DNA of 56,136 nucleotides from a virus (lineage: Duplodnaviria; Caudoviricetes). The stretch is taken from IMG/VR virus record IMGVR_UViG_3300025848_000049, positions 1 through 56,136 of that record, one strand, 5' to 3'. Below the pieces are notes generated by a model, which saw only the letters and a program-made list of their open reading frames with translations, searched no databases and was not told the DNA's origin. Each line of letters starts with the position of its first letter. Position 1 is the first letter of the stretch. Both the position numbers and the translations under genes were made by a program. Of this stretch, positions 1 to 10,560 are shown piece after piece.

Positions 1-179
1 GCGTTATCACCAGCCCGAATAGCAGACTGCGTGCGTGCAAGAGCATCAGCATTGGCTTCGGCCTCCAGCTTTTGCCGGGCGTCTCTCCGGCCTTTGCCAT
101 AAACAGCGGCGATGGCGAGGAGGACCCCGCCAACCGCTGACACAAAGCGCCCGATGGGCGAGAACAAAAACCCAATCAT
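1..179 (-). CDS. Probable i-spanin (Rz-like), runs off the window edge
   Basis: ATG overlaps the endolysin TGA (ATGA); reads MIGFLFSPIGRFVSAVGGVLLAIAAVYGKGRRDARQKLEAEANADALARTQ..., an N-terminal TM helix plus helical region; not in the ORF track. Confidence 0.6.
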   Translation of the reverse strand, partial: MIGFLFSPIGRFVSAVGGVLLAIAAVYGKGRRDARQKLEAEANADALARTQSAIRAGDN

Positions 180-895
180 GCCCCCTCCTCGTCAAGCCTC
201 TGCTTGCGGAAATACCAAATAGCGCCCGCAGCCACAACAATTACGAGACATACGATAGCTGTCGTACTCATGGCAGACAGGATGTCACCTCCCTCTTTCA
301 CGATAGGCATGACCTCCTGAACCACAGCAATCGCGCCCGCACCACCAGCAATGACAGCGCCATTGGCCTCTTTGGACTGCACGATGCTTTTCTTGGGTGC
401 CGGAGCATCCGGTTCCATACGAGCTTCTTCCACCGGAATGGGCTTCTCGGTGTCCAAACCGCGCCAGAGTTTTACTTCTGCGCGACGGCGGCGAACCAAG
501 CCCGGAAGCTCTTTGCCGCCGCCACGGGTCCATTTCATGAACTCGGCGGGAACTTCATCAAACTTTTCTGCGTTAACCTTCTTCAGCAACGTAGACTTAG
601 CAAGCGCGCCAACACCAGCGTTGTAGGCAAAGTCCACCAGCGCATCAAACTGGCCCTGCGTAAGCTCCACTTTGACGAGCTTCTCGACACCGGCCTCGTA
701 CTGCACCATGTCACGCTTGAGGATAGCTTCGGCTTCCTCCTTGGTGATCTCCATGCCGGGATTCACGGTGGGCGCGCCAGCCGCAGAAGTGTGGCCGTAG
801 CCAATAGTCCAGACAGCCGCCGGGCACTTATATGCCTTCAGACGCAGGCCCTCAAACTCCTTGACCAGCGCCAATCCATCTTCAGACATACGCAT
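176..895 (-). CDS. Endolysin, GH24 phage lysozyme with C-terminal hydrophobic segments
   Basis: FEGLRLKAYKCPAAVWTIGYGHT, QFDALVDFAYNAG, GLVRRRRAE motifs; C-terminal AIVCLVIVVAAGAIWYF. Confidence 0.93.
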   Translation of the reverse strand: MRMSEDGLALVKEFEGLRLKAYKCPAAVWTIGYGHTSAAGAPTVNPGMEITKEEAEAILKRDMVQYEAGVEKLVKVELTQGQFDALVDFAYNAGVGALAKSTLLKKVNAEKFDEVPAEFMKWTRGGGKELPGLVRRRRAEVKLWRGLDTEKPIPVEEARMEPDAPAPKKSIVQSKEANGAVIAGGAGAIAVVQEVMPIVKEGGDILSAMSTTAIVCLVIVVAAGAIWYFRKQRLDEEGA

Positions 896-905
896 GGCAC
901 AGCTC

Positions 906-1376
906 CTATTTGGTGATGTTGAAAGTCAGATTGGCGTGATCCGGGTAATTAAGAAGAACCTCACCCTCTGGGCATTTGTACCTGATATGAGCCAACAAAG
1001 TGGCCCTTCCGGGTGCTACTCTATTGGAATCCTCAATGGTTATGGTGTAGCCAAACTTATCCACCTTATCATTAGCTGGACCAGAAAACTTGGCTATGGA
1101 TGGGTTAGCTTTGTGGACAATGTATCGGGAGTCGCGAACCTCCAGATAGAACTGCTCAACCGAGCAATCGTCCCTGATCTTTCGGCGCGCTGCCACCACG
1201 GCAAACTCACCATTGGCGGGGCCATCCGTAATGCTGAAATGCTCCGCCGACCACTCAAGGATCGGCTTTCTGAACAAGCCAAGCTTATCTGAGGCGGTAT
1301 AACCCCCGCCAACCATGGCAAAGACAGCCGTGACAGCGCCAACCGACTTAGTGATTCGGTCAACGTCGAGGCTCAT
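906..1376 (-). CDS. Membrane-anchored hypothetical protein in the lysis cassette
   Basis: N-terminal hydrophobic segment; coupled to the upstream gene by an ATGA overlap. Confidence 0.6.
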   Translation of the reverse strand: MSLDVDRITKSVGAVTAVFAMVGGGYTASDKLGLFRKPILEWSAEHFSITDGPANGEFAVVAARRKIRDDCSVEQFYLEVRDSRYIVHKANPSIAKFSGPANDKVDKFGYTITIEDSNRVAPGRATLLAHIRYKCPEGEVLLNYPDHANLTFNITK

Positions 1377-1618
1377 TTGTCTGCCTTTCTGTCGCGCAGA
1401 TCGTCTATTTTGCGGAATATCTCATTGCAGATTTGCTTAATTTCTTGGATGTCATGCCGGAACTCCTCCTTGGCGACGTAGACTCGCGGGAGTTCCGACT
1501 CAATCTTATGCAGGTCTTTACGCAAGTCTTTGACGGCATCCCAAAGTTGCCGCCCAAACCAGCCAAGACCAGTAAGGATTATTCCTACAGCCAAGTTTAT
1601 GAGGGACTGGGGGTCCAC
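1373..1618 (-). CDS. Small TM plus coiled-coil protein, holin/antiholin candidate
   Basis: One TM helix (LINLAVGIILTGLGWFG) then a charged coiled coil; upstream of the endolysin. Confidence 0.6.
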   Translation of the reverse strand: MDPQSLINLAVGIILTGLGWFGRQLWDAVKDLRKDLHKIESELPRVYVAKEEFRHDIQEIKQICNEIFRKIDDLRDRKADK

Positions 1619-1622
1619 CGTT

Positions 1623-3215
1623 TCATGCCGCTTTCTCCCCCTGCGCCTGAATTGCGTTGAGAATATACTCTAAATTTTGTCTCAAACGTAAGTCGTTAGG
1701 CTCCATCTCAGCCGCAATTTTTGCCTGCTCAAGGGCAATGTCTTTTAGCCCAAGCCGCCAAGCAGAAATGCTGGCAAGATCGTGCGCCCAGTAGCCCCAA
1801 ACCGCCGGGTCACAGGTATAGACAAGCTGTTTATCCTTGATCTTCAGCGCACGCATGGAGGCGGCGAAGCACTCCTCCCAACGACTCTGGCGATACATGA
1901 GCATGGCAAGCTCGCACCACGGCTCGCGGGTATTGGGGGCCTCGCCAGCGGCCATGTAATACCACTTCTCAGCCTGCACTATGTCGCCAGTCTCAGCGTA
2001 GGACTTACCCATGAGTCGCATGGCGTAGCACCGCTCGTTCTGATTGCTGGCGGCGTTCATGCCCAGATAGGTCGTCAACGCCTTCTTGGCTTCCTCCCAG
2101 CGGCGATAGAACGTCAACTCGCGGGCATAGTAGAAATAATGATGCGGATCGGTGGCGTCCTCTTTGACAGCCACCTCCAGCATTTCCATGTATTGACCAC
2201 GACTTTTGGTCGGGTCCGGGTGATGTGACACGAGCAGGTGCGGACACCATGCCGTGACATGCTCCACGCGCCCATCAATCCGCAAATCCTCATGGCAGGG
2301 GTGGTGCCAGTGGTAGCCGTGACGGCTGTGGATTTTGCGATAGGGGAACCGGATGTTGTGGCCCCAGTCAAAGTAGTACCACAGGTTCGTAGTCTTACCG
2401 GGGACCCAGACACGCTCAATCTTGTCTTTCCAGCCCGGCTCTAAAACCTCGTCCAAATCCAGCGATATGCAAATATCAATAGACCGGGGAATAAGAGCAA
2501 GAGCAGCATTGCGAGCGATGTCAAAGCGCCAAGGGTTGACGTAAATATCGTGGACCTTTGCGCCGCACTCACGGGATAGATCAGCCGTCCTATCAGTGCT
2601 TCCAGTGTCAGCAATGAGGACAAGATCAGCCTCTTTGGCAGACTCGCAGAACCGCTGAACAAATTGTTCCTCATTCTTGCTGATGGCGTAGACGCAGTAA
2701 GTTAACTTGATCTCAAACGGCGAGTAAACATACACGCCGATCTCACCGTCAATATAAGACCACGTAGGCTTGCCAAAGCACAGTTTAACGTCGGCGTCAG
2801 ACCAATTGTCAGTAACATGGGCCTCGTGGGGGTTGCCCTCAAACTCACCCTGCGGATACTTGCCAATAGGGATGCTGATGATGACAGTCGCAGCCCAACA
2901 CTTGGCGCGGCGGACAAGAGCCTGTGCCTCGTCCTTCTCCATATGTTCAAGAACATCGCCAAGGAAGCATACGTCAAAGCGCTGATCTGTGTCCCACGTT
3001 CTGGCATCCGAAATATGCAGGTCAGGATACAGCTTATTAAGGCCATACTTCTCAACGTATGGCTCCCAAATCTCAACGCCTGTCCATTTAATTTTAGGGA
3101 ATAGCTTGGCGTAAGTACCCTCGCCAACGCCAATGTCCAACGCAGTTTCAGGCTGCGGAATTTTGGACATAACCCATTTGATGCTGGCTTTGCCAGACTG
3201 AGAGCTAAACGGCAT
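1623..3215 (-). CDS. Class I SAM methyltransferase - family 2 glycosyltransferase - TPR fusion
   Basis: LDIGVGEG and GDVLEH (MTase); AISKNEE, DTGSTD, LDLDE (GT2, DxD); helical TPR-like C-terminus. Confidence 0.88.
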   Translation of the reverse strand: MPFSSQSGKASIKWVMSKIPQPETALDIGVGEGTYAKLFPKIKWTGVEIWEPYVEKYGLNKLYPDLHISDARTWDTDQRFDVCFLGDVLEHMEKDEAQALVRRAKCWAATVIISIPIGKYPQGEFEGNPHEAHVTDNWSDADVKLCFGKPTWSYIDGEIGVYVYSPFEIKLTYCVYAISKNEEQFVQRFCESAKEADLVLIADTGSTDRTADLSRECGAKVHDIYVNPWRFDIARNAALALIPRSIDICISLDLDEVLEPGWKDKIERVWVPGKTTNLWYYFDWGHNIRFPYRKIHSRHGYHWHHPCHEDLRIDGRVEHVTAWCPHLLVSHHPDPTKSRGQYMEMLEVAVKEDATDPHHYFYYARELTFYRRWEEAKKALTTYLGMNAASNQNERCYAMRLMGKSYAETGDIVQAEKWYYMAAGEAPNTREPWCELAMLMYRQSRWEECFAASMRALKIKDKQLVYTCDPAVWGYWAHDLASISAWRLGLKDIALEQAKIAAEMEPNDLRLRQNLEYILNAIQAQGEKAA

Positions 3216-3235
3216 GTGACCCCCTTAGTGCCGGT

Positions 3236-5062
3236 TTAGAATGTATAAGTCGCAGGCATAGTAGTAATAGTGCCAGAAGTCGGCGTCATGGTTCCGCCTG
3301 TCTGGAACCCAACACCCCACACATATGCGTTGCCACCTACGCGAGCCAATCCTGTCGCCGGACCATAAGGCCCAACATAACGGATGCCGCCACCCATAAT
3401 AGCTACATCGCCAGCGGAGACAACAATCCCATTGTCTGTGCAGCCCCAAGCATCGCAGTGAATCATGCGGCTGCTGCCAGACGTTGAGAAGTAATATCCG
3501 TTTTGTTGCGCTGCGGTTTGACAGCCAACCAATGTCGTATTGGTGCTGCTGCCCGTGACAAGGAACCCAATGGAGCCGGAATAAGCACCGGGTGTATTGT
3601 CAGCACCACACCCGATGAAGGACATCTCATCAGGTCCGTTAACGTGATAACCTCTAAAATACCCGTAGCTGAAGCAGTCAACTACCTTGCCCCAGTCATT
3701 GAGATTAGTGAAGTAAAAAGCGTTGCCGCTTCTCTGAAGACGAGACGTTCCGCCCCCGCCCGCAATGGTGACAAACGGCCAGCAATGCACCCGCGCCAGA
3801 CGCGAGATGTCTGCGCACTGGTCAATCCACACACCGTTGTTACAGTCAATATAGACATCCACCACTCTGATTCTCTGAGAGTTGGTGGAGTAAATGGCCT
3901 GATTGAAGCCAAGGATCATAGAGCCTGTGACAAACGCATCGTCATAGGAGCTAACTTGAATGGCCGTGCCAGAGAACCCAGAAGAACTACTTTCCGGGAA
4001 TGACATGCCATAACGGTAGATGAGACAGCCATCAACGCCAGCGCCGCCTTGAAGCTCAATGGTGGCGCTAGAACTCAGAAGAATAGCGGACACGCTGCCA
4101 TAGGGCGTAGAAGAGTTGTTGCCGGGGGTGCCCACGTACTTAAACGGACCTTTCAGGGTCACATTTGGCTTCACCGTCAGATTGGAAGCGATTCGGCACC
4201 GGAACCCATCAGGAATGATAACTGTACCGCCAGCCGCGCCGAGAGAGTTGATTGCAGACTGAAAGGCAGACGTGTCATCTGTTGAGCCGTTACCGACAGC
4301 CCCATAATCAGCAACGCTAACCCAAAATGAGGAACCGCCACCACCTGATGCGCCTGTCGGCCCAGTTGGGCCAACGGCACCAGCAGTGCCAGAACTTCCC
4401 GTAGGACCAGTCGGGCCCGCTACCGTAGACGCGGGACCCGTCGGACCCGTTGGGCCACCACCGGCAGGACCAGTTGCACCAGTCGGGCCTGTCGGGCCAT
4501 CAATTCCATTAGCCCCTGTAGGACCTGTAGGACCCGTGCCGCCAGCACCGGTTGCCCCTGTTGGGCCTGTAGGACCAGTTGCGCCGACACCGGGTCCCGT
4601 TGGACCAGCCGTTCCAGTAGGACCGGTCGGGCCGCTAGTGCCGGTTGGGCCAGTAGGACCAGCGCCAGACGGACCTGTAGGACCTGTTGGACCAGTTGCA
4701 CCCACACCCGGACCAGTCGGGCCAATGGAGCCCGTCGGACCTGTCGGGCCAGTTGTCCCTGCTCCAGTAGGTCCGGTCGGACCCGTAGGACCAGTGGGAC
4801 CTGTTGCACCACCACCGCCGCCGCCCGCAGGTCCGGTGGGTCCAACAGCACCAGTTGGTCCTGTCGGGCCAGCGCCACCACCCCCGCCAGTAGCCGAAAT
4901 CTCAATCTCACCCGGAGACGGGCTAGTGATTGTGACGTTGGTGCCAGCGGTTAGTGATCCGAGCGTGAAACCAGAACCATCGCCAATAAGCAGTTCGCCG
5001 TTAGCCGGATCGCGGCCTAGACGGATTTGACCACCAACAACTGATGCTTTGTCATTTGCCAT
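3236..5062 (-). CDS. Collagen-like (GPT) fibre with C-terminal pectate-lyase-like beta-helix (tailspike/depolymerase)
   Basis: Long Gly-Pro-Thr run, then [24 protein letters not shown] (Pectate_lyase_3-type start). Confidence 0.85.
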   Translation of the reverse strand: MANDKASVVGGQIRLGRDPANGELLIGDGSGFTLGSLTAGTNVTITSPSPGEIEISATGGGGGAGPTGPTGAVGPTGPAGGGGGGATGPTGPTGPTGPTGAGTTGPTGPTGSIGPTGPGVGATGPTGPTGPSGAGPTGPTGTSGPTGPTGTAGPTGPGVGATGPTGPTGATGAGGTGPTGPTGANGIDGPTGPTGATGPAGGGPTGPTGPASTVAGPTGPTGSSGTAGAVGPTGPTGASGGGGSSFWVSVADYGAVGNGSTDDTSAFQSAINSLGAAGGTVIIPDGFRCRIASNLTVKPNVTLKGPFKYVGTPGNNSSTPYGSVSAILLSSSATIELQGGAGVDGCLIYRYGMSFPESSSSGFSGTAIQVSSYDDAFVTGSMILGFNQAIYSTNSQRIRVVDVYIDCNNGVWIDQCADISRLARVHCWPFVTIAGGGGTSRLQRSGNAFYFTNLNDWGKVVDCFSYGYFRGYHVNGPDEMSFIGCGADNTPGAYSGSIGFLVTGSSTNTTLVGCQTAAQQNGYYFSTSGSSRMIHCDAWGCTDNGIVVSAGDVAIMGGGIRYVGPYGPATGLARVGGNAYVWGVGFQTGGTMTPTSGTITTMPATYTF

Positions 5063-5074
5063 TGGCGCGGTTCT

Positions 5075-5940
5075 TTAAAATGTGATGCTGCCGGAAGATG
5101 TCCACTTATACGTTCGGAACCCACCAGAAACAGTCACAGTGGGAGAGCCAGTTGTAGATGTGGCTGCACGATAAGAATCAGCGTAACGGAGAATAACAAC
5201 GCCAGAGCCGCCATTTCCGCCAAACTCGTTATTGGTGCCACCGCCACCGCCGCCACCGGTATTGGCAGTTCCCGCCGTTCCGGCAACAGTATCACTACCC
5301 GTGCCACCGCCACCAATACCGCCTGCGCCGCCGTTAGGAGCGTTCACGCTACCGCCGCCGCCACCGCCAGCGTAGTAGCTTCCGTCAAAGGCTTGCAGAC
5401 CCGCGCCGCCCGCGCCCGCATAACGCGGAGCCGAATCAATGTAGCCATCTTGACCGCCTGCGCCAGCGCCACCGCCACCGCCGCCAGCTTTGTAAGAACC
5501 ATTATAGGCCGACCCAGAACCACCAGAGTTGCCCTGACCGCTAGTGCCGGACCCCGGCGTTGCGCCGCCGGGATTACCGCTAGAATCAGAACCACCACCA
5601 CCGCCAGAACCGCCAGAATTAGACGCGAAACCATCAAAAGCATCCAAACCGCCAGTGGCAGCGCCACCACCGGTAGATGTGATGGTGTCAAAGACGGAGT
5701 TAGACCCGTTTGAGCCTTTGCCAGTAGAGCCGCCGCGTGCGCCACCCGCGCCAACGGTTACGGTATACGTCGAGCCTCCGGTGACGGAATAGCCGCTGGC
5801 CGTGCGATAACCACCTGCACCACCACCGCCACCCATGTCAGAGCCAGCTCCACCACCGCCTGCCACAACCAGATATTGCACGCTTGGCGGGGCCGGTAGC
5901 GGCGTCTGAGTCGCAAGACAGATTTGGTGGACTGCGGCCA

Positions 5941-5941
<1 letters not shown>
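5075..5941 (-). CDS. Glycine-rich virion protein (tip module)
   Basis: YLVVAGGGG...GGSGVVILRY...YKWTSSGSITF; paralog of 6808-7626 and 12003-12854. Confidence 0.8.
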
Positions 5942-6726
<785 letters not shown>

Positions 6727-6807
6727 GAGTGGCCTCGGTCACGGTCAGGAGTTTGGTGGATACTAACATATTGGGCAGAAACCTCCACCACGACCAATGG
6801 TTTCTCG

Positions 6808-7626
6808 CTAGAACGTGATGCTGCCTGAGCCTGTCCAACGGTAAATGCGATACCCGCCAGAAACAGTAATTGTAGGCGACCCGGTTGTTGCTGTCGCGGC
6901 AGAATAAGTGTCGGCATACCGAATAATAACCACCCCAGAGCCGCCACTTCCACTATTGGCCCCGCCGCCACCACCGGTATTTGCCGTGCCGGAACCACCA
7001 TTTGTGCCGCCACCGCCAGAGCCGCCTGATCCAGCGCCATCAGAGGTGGAGCCGTTTCCGCCACCGCCACCCGCGTAAGTTACGGATGAGCCAGTGATGC
7101 TAGACGATGACCCGTTACCACCGTTACCCCCGCCGCCGCCGCTATCCGTTCCACTCCCGCCTGCGCCACCACCGCCGCCGCCGGTGCGGTACGTTTCATC
7201 ATCGCTCCCGCCACGCCCTCCACTATTACCTTGTCCTGACGTTCCCGGAGAACCATTCGCCTCTCCGCTGCCATTACCAAGAAATCCGCCGCCGCCGGAC
7301 CCGCCAGTATCACCAGTATAATCGTTTGATGAGCCTCCATAACCGCCACCAAGACTTGTTATGGAACTGAAGACAGAATTTGAACCATTAGAGGGGCTTC
7401 CGGTGCTACCGCTTCCACCAGCGCCAACAGTAACGGTGATCGCAGAGCCGCTTGTTACAGCAAACCCAGAGGCAGTTCTATAACCGCCCGCGCCACCGCC
7501 GCCATATCCGGCTCCACCACCACCCGCCACAACGAGGTATTCAACCGTAGGAGGAGGATTGCCGGTTATTCTTGCAAAGCCCAATGCTCTGGCAGATGCT
7601 ACGCCTCGCGTGACGATAGTGGGCAT
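6808..7626 (-). CDS. Glycine-rich virion protein (tip module)
   Basis: VEYLVVAGGG...YRWTGSGSITF. Confidence 0.8.
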   Translation of the reverse strand: MPTIVTRGVASARALGFARITGNPPPTVEYLVVAGGGGAGYGGGGAGGYRTASGFAVTSGSAITVTVGAGGSGSTGSPSNGSNSVFSSITSLGGGYGGSSNDYTGDTGGSGGGGFLGNGSGEANGSPGTSGQGNSGGRGGSDDETYRTGGGGGGAGGSGTDSGGGGGNGGNGSSSSITGSSVTYAGGGGGNGSTSDGAGSGGSGGGGTNGGSGTANTGGGGGANSGSGGSGVVIIRYADTYSAATATTGSPTITVSGGYRIYRWTGSGSITF

Positions 7627-7635
7627 ATTTGCACC

Positions 7636-8211
7636 TCACGCAAATTTAGTCTGCGAAGCAAAGACAGAGAACGTGGCGCTTCCCGTCTTGATGATCGTGT
7701 AAGTGTAGATGTCTACCGATGACGTATTACCGCTCGTTGGCGCGGTGCCGCCCTGCCACTTTGGAGTGACAGACGAGCCATCCACCTGCACAGCCGTATT
7801 GTAGTAAGCAGGCGAACCGTTGGTCACGAGAAACACTGCGGTAATCATCTGGCCGGTTGACATCAGAGTGTCCAGCGATGTGCCAGACGAACCTCTGAAA
7901 TTGACCGTAAAGTTGCCGGATGAGTTGGTGGTGTAGAAAAGGGCGTTCTGCGTGGTCACGTCGTAGTTGATCGTGCCGGTTGCCGCAGTAGCGGAAACCG
8001 TGATGCTTTCTGCCACGTCAGTGAGAACCGCCGCCAAAGCGGAGGACGTGCCCGTGAAGCTCTGAGTGCCGGTAAACGTGTTGTTCGCCGTGGTAACGGG
8101 GATATTAGCCCCCGCCAGAGTGGTGGCCCCCGTCCCGCCTTTAGACGGCTGCAAAACGCCAGACGTGTTAGCGCCCGGAGCAAGATTGGATAGGTCGCGG
8201 GGGATCGTCAT
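7636..8211 (-). CDS. Fibre-associated protein with class C C-terminal domain (base module)
   Basis: C-terminal ~120 aa closely similar to 9582-10157 (YDVTTQ...ASQTKFA). Confidence 0.78.
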   Translation of the reverse strand: MTIPRDLSNLAPGANTSGVLQPSKGGTGATTLAGANIPVTTANNTFTGTQSFTGTSSALAAVLTDVAESITVSATAATGTINYDVTTQNALFYTTNSSGNFTVNFRGSSGTSLDTLMSTGQMITAVFLVTNGSPAYYNTAVQVDGSSVTPKWQGGTAPTSGNTSSVDIYTYTIIKTGSATFSVFASQTKFA

Positions 8212-8237
8212 TGATCTCTCCTTAAAGAACTAGCTAC

Positions 8238-8492
8238 TCAGCCGACCTGCGCCCGAATAACGTCAAGCATGATCTGCGCCTTTTTCTGTTCCGCCTTTTC
8301 AGACGCCAGAAGGCTCTGCAACTGATCTTTGAACGCGGAAAGATCAGACTGTTCCTGCGCGGACATGGCGGCAATACGCTCAAGAGCCAGCGTGTAGTTA
8401 TCAATGTTAATCTGATAATGCAGGACTTCCTGCTCACGCGCCTCAAGAGCAGTTACAAGGATCGCGGATCGCGCGGCTACAGTGTCAACCAT
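8238..8492 (-). CDS. Small coiled-coil protein, possible assembly chaperone of the propeller protein
   Basis: Helical heptad pattern, GGAG RBS, directly downstream of the propeller gene. Confidence 0.65.
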   Translation of the reverse strand: MVDTVAARSAILVTALEAREQEVLHYQINIDNYTLALERIAAMSAQEQSDLSAFKDQLQSLLASEKAEQKKAQIMLDVIRAQVG

Positions 8493-8513
8493 TTCAGTCT
8501 CCCGATTGTAGAG

Positions 8514-9572
8514 TTAAGCTGTGCCAAATGACACGCTAGTGCCAGTGCTGGGTGGAAGTGTAGAAGGATTAGCGTACTTAGTTCCAAAACCGGTTGCGTT
8601 GGACCAAGGATAAGCGGTGACAAATGGCGTAGTGCCGTGGGCAACCGCAATGGCCGTACCGGCTGCGTTAAACGTCACGCCAAAACCCTCGCCAGTAGGG
8701 AGGGTGGCGGGGTTTGAATACTTGGTTCCGAATCCGCTGCCAGACCACGCATAGGCTGAGACAAAAGTGTTTGTTCCATGTCCTACCGCCACAACAGTGC
8801 TAGTTGGGTTAAATGCAACGCTATCACCCGTTCCTGTCGGCAAAGTTGAAGGATTGGCATACTTAGTTCCGAATCCGCCACCCGACCAAGGATAGGCCGT
8901 GATAAAGGGCGTCGTAGTATGAGCAACTGCCACATGAGAGCCGTTCGGCGCAAACGCAACGCCATTTCCGGTTCCTGTTGGCAAAGTAGCTGGGTCCGCA
9001 AATTTTGACCCAAAACCGCTCCCGGAAAAGGCATATATGGAGATAAACGGCGAAGCGTTATGAGAAACCGCAAGTGCAGCATCGCTAGGACTAAAAGCTA
9101 CGCCATTACCGGTTCCTGTCGGCAACGTAGACGGATTGGCGTATTTTGTTCCAAAACCAGCAGAAGACCACGGATAAGCGGTGATATATGGCGTTGCACC
9201 ATGTGAAACAGCTATCGCGGAGCTATTAGAGTTAAAGTCAACGCCGTTGCCTAAGCCTGTTGGCAGAGTAGCTGGATTGGCATATTTGGCTCCAAACCCA
9301 CCAGCTGACCAAGGATACACGCTTAAAAATGGGGTTGTTGCATGAGCTACAGCCAACACAGTTGAGTTGTGGTTGTAAGCAACGCCCACGCCTGTGCTTG
9401 CAGGCAGCGTAGCAGGATTTGCATATTTTGAGCCAAATCCACTCGCAGTGAAAGCATAGACGCTCACAAACGGCGTCAAACCGTGTGAGAGAGCTAAAAA
9501 ACCACCCGCAGACAGGGTTGCAAACCCAAATCCTCTAGCTGATCCTGCGGCAAAGCTGATTGCGGTGGGCAT
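8514..9572 (-). CDS. Seven-repeat beta-propeller-like protein (tip module)
   Basis: About seven ~45-aa repeats: AVAH.TTPF..AYPWS..GFGTKYANP.TLPTG.G.GV.F. Confidence 0.8.
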   Translation of the reverse strand: MPTAISFAAGSARGFGFATLSAGGFLALSHGLTPFVSVYAFTASGFGSKYANPATLPASTGVGVAYNHNSTVLAVAHATTPFLSVYPWSAGGFGAKYANPATLPTGLGNGVDFNSNSSAIAVSHGATPYITAYPWSSAGFGTKYANPSTLPTGTGNGVAFSPSDAALAVSHNASPFISIYAFSGSGFGSKFADPATLPTGTGNGVAFAPNGSHVAVAHTTTPFITAYPWSGGGFGTKYANPSTLPTGTGDSVAFNPTSTVVAVGHGTNTFVSAYAWSGSGFGTKYSNPATLPTGEGFGVTFNAAGTAIAVAHGTTPFVTAYPWSNATGFGTKYANPSTLPPSTGTSVSFGTA

Positions 9573-9581
9573 GGAGCTACC

Positions 9582-10157
9582 TCACGCAAACTTAGTCTGA
9601 GAAGCCAACACGGTAAACGTAGCAGAGCCAGTCTTGATGATTGTGTATGTGTACGCATCAATGCTGGAAGCGTTGCCAGATGTCCATGCGGTGCCGCCCT
9701 GATATTTCGGCGTAACGGACGAGCCATCAATTTGAACGGCGCTGTTGTAGTAAGCAGTCGGCCCATTGGTAGCGAGGAAGACGACCGTGATGGTCTGCCC
9801 AGTTGCCATAGCCGTGTCCAGACTGGTCCCGCTGCTGGCGCGGAAATTCATCGTCCAATTAGCCGCAGCGTTAACCGTATAGTAGAGAATGGATTGGGTC
9901 GTCACGTCATAGGTGATCGTGCCTGTTGCTGACGTGGCGGAAACAGTTGTCGCCTCCACCATGTTTGTCACAACCAGACCAAGCGCCGACGTAGTGCCGG
10001 TGATAGTCACCTTATTGGCAAACGTGGCAGACTGATCCGTTCCCAACGTCAGCGCCGTAGTGCCGTTATTGGTCTGAAGCTGAAGCACGCCAGAAGCGTC
10101 GCCTGTGGAAATCAGGCCGCTTGAAGCTCCATTAGAGGCGTTGATCGTTGAAGGCAT
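9582..10157 (-). CDS. Fibre-associated protein with class C C-terminal domain (base module)
   Basis: C-terminus paralogous to 7636-8211; N-terminus similar to 12851-13327. Confidence 0.78.
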   Translation of the reverse strand: MPSTINASNGASSGLISTGDASGVLQLQTNNGTTALTLGTDQSATFANKVTITGTTSALGLVVTNMVEATTVSATSATGTITYDVTTQSILYYTVNAAANWTMNFRASSGTSLDTAMATGQTITVVFLATNGPTAYYNSAVQIDGSSVTPKYQGGTAWTSGNASSIDAYTYTIIKTGSATFTVLASQTKFA

Positions 10158-10158
10158 C

Positions 10159-10551
10159 TTAGACCTCGTAAGTTACCTCAACCCACGTTTGGTAGGTTGG
10201 AGAACCCGTAGATGATTCATCCCAATAATATGAATTGCCATCATTCGGGTACGGAATAGGTGCCTGCCACTGGCAAGTTTCTTCATTGAGAACCCATGAG
10301 GGGTAAGGCTTTGGCGGAATAAAGGCGTTCCTTACCGCGTCAAATGAAAACCCAATCCCAGCGTAGTTTTTGCGGAAATTGGCATTATAGCTGGTTTGCG
10401 CCCAAAGAGTTTCAGGGCCAAAAAGCGACTGACAAAACGCAATACCTTTAGCCTCGCTCTCAACTCCTTGCTCGTCCAACAATTCATTGTTGTTTACAAC
10501 AATTACCTGAAGAACGACGCTGCTAGGGTCCAGTTGTGCAAAGTGAGCCAT
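10159..10551 (-). CDS. Phage protein, tail-fibre assembly/chaperone candidate
   Basis: MAHFAQLD...QTSYNANFRKNYAGIG...PPKPYPSW.LNE.TCQW.AP.PYP pattern; lies among the Gly-rich fibre genes. Confidence 0.7.
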   Translation of the reverse strand: MAHFAQLDPSSVVLQVIVVNNNELLDEQGVESEAKGIAFCQSLFGPETLWAQTSYNANFRKNYAGIGFSFDAVRNAFIPPKPYPSWVLNEETCQWQAPIPYPNDGNSYYWDESSTGSPTYQTWVEVTYEV

Positions 10552-10560
10552 TCTATCCCC

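Noticed and set aside
35-916. 293-aa plus-strand ORF and the 46-240 minus ORF
   Set aside because: The first is antisense to the endolysin; the second is out of frame with the better-supported spanin-like ORF starting at 179
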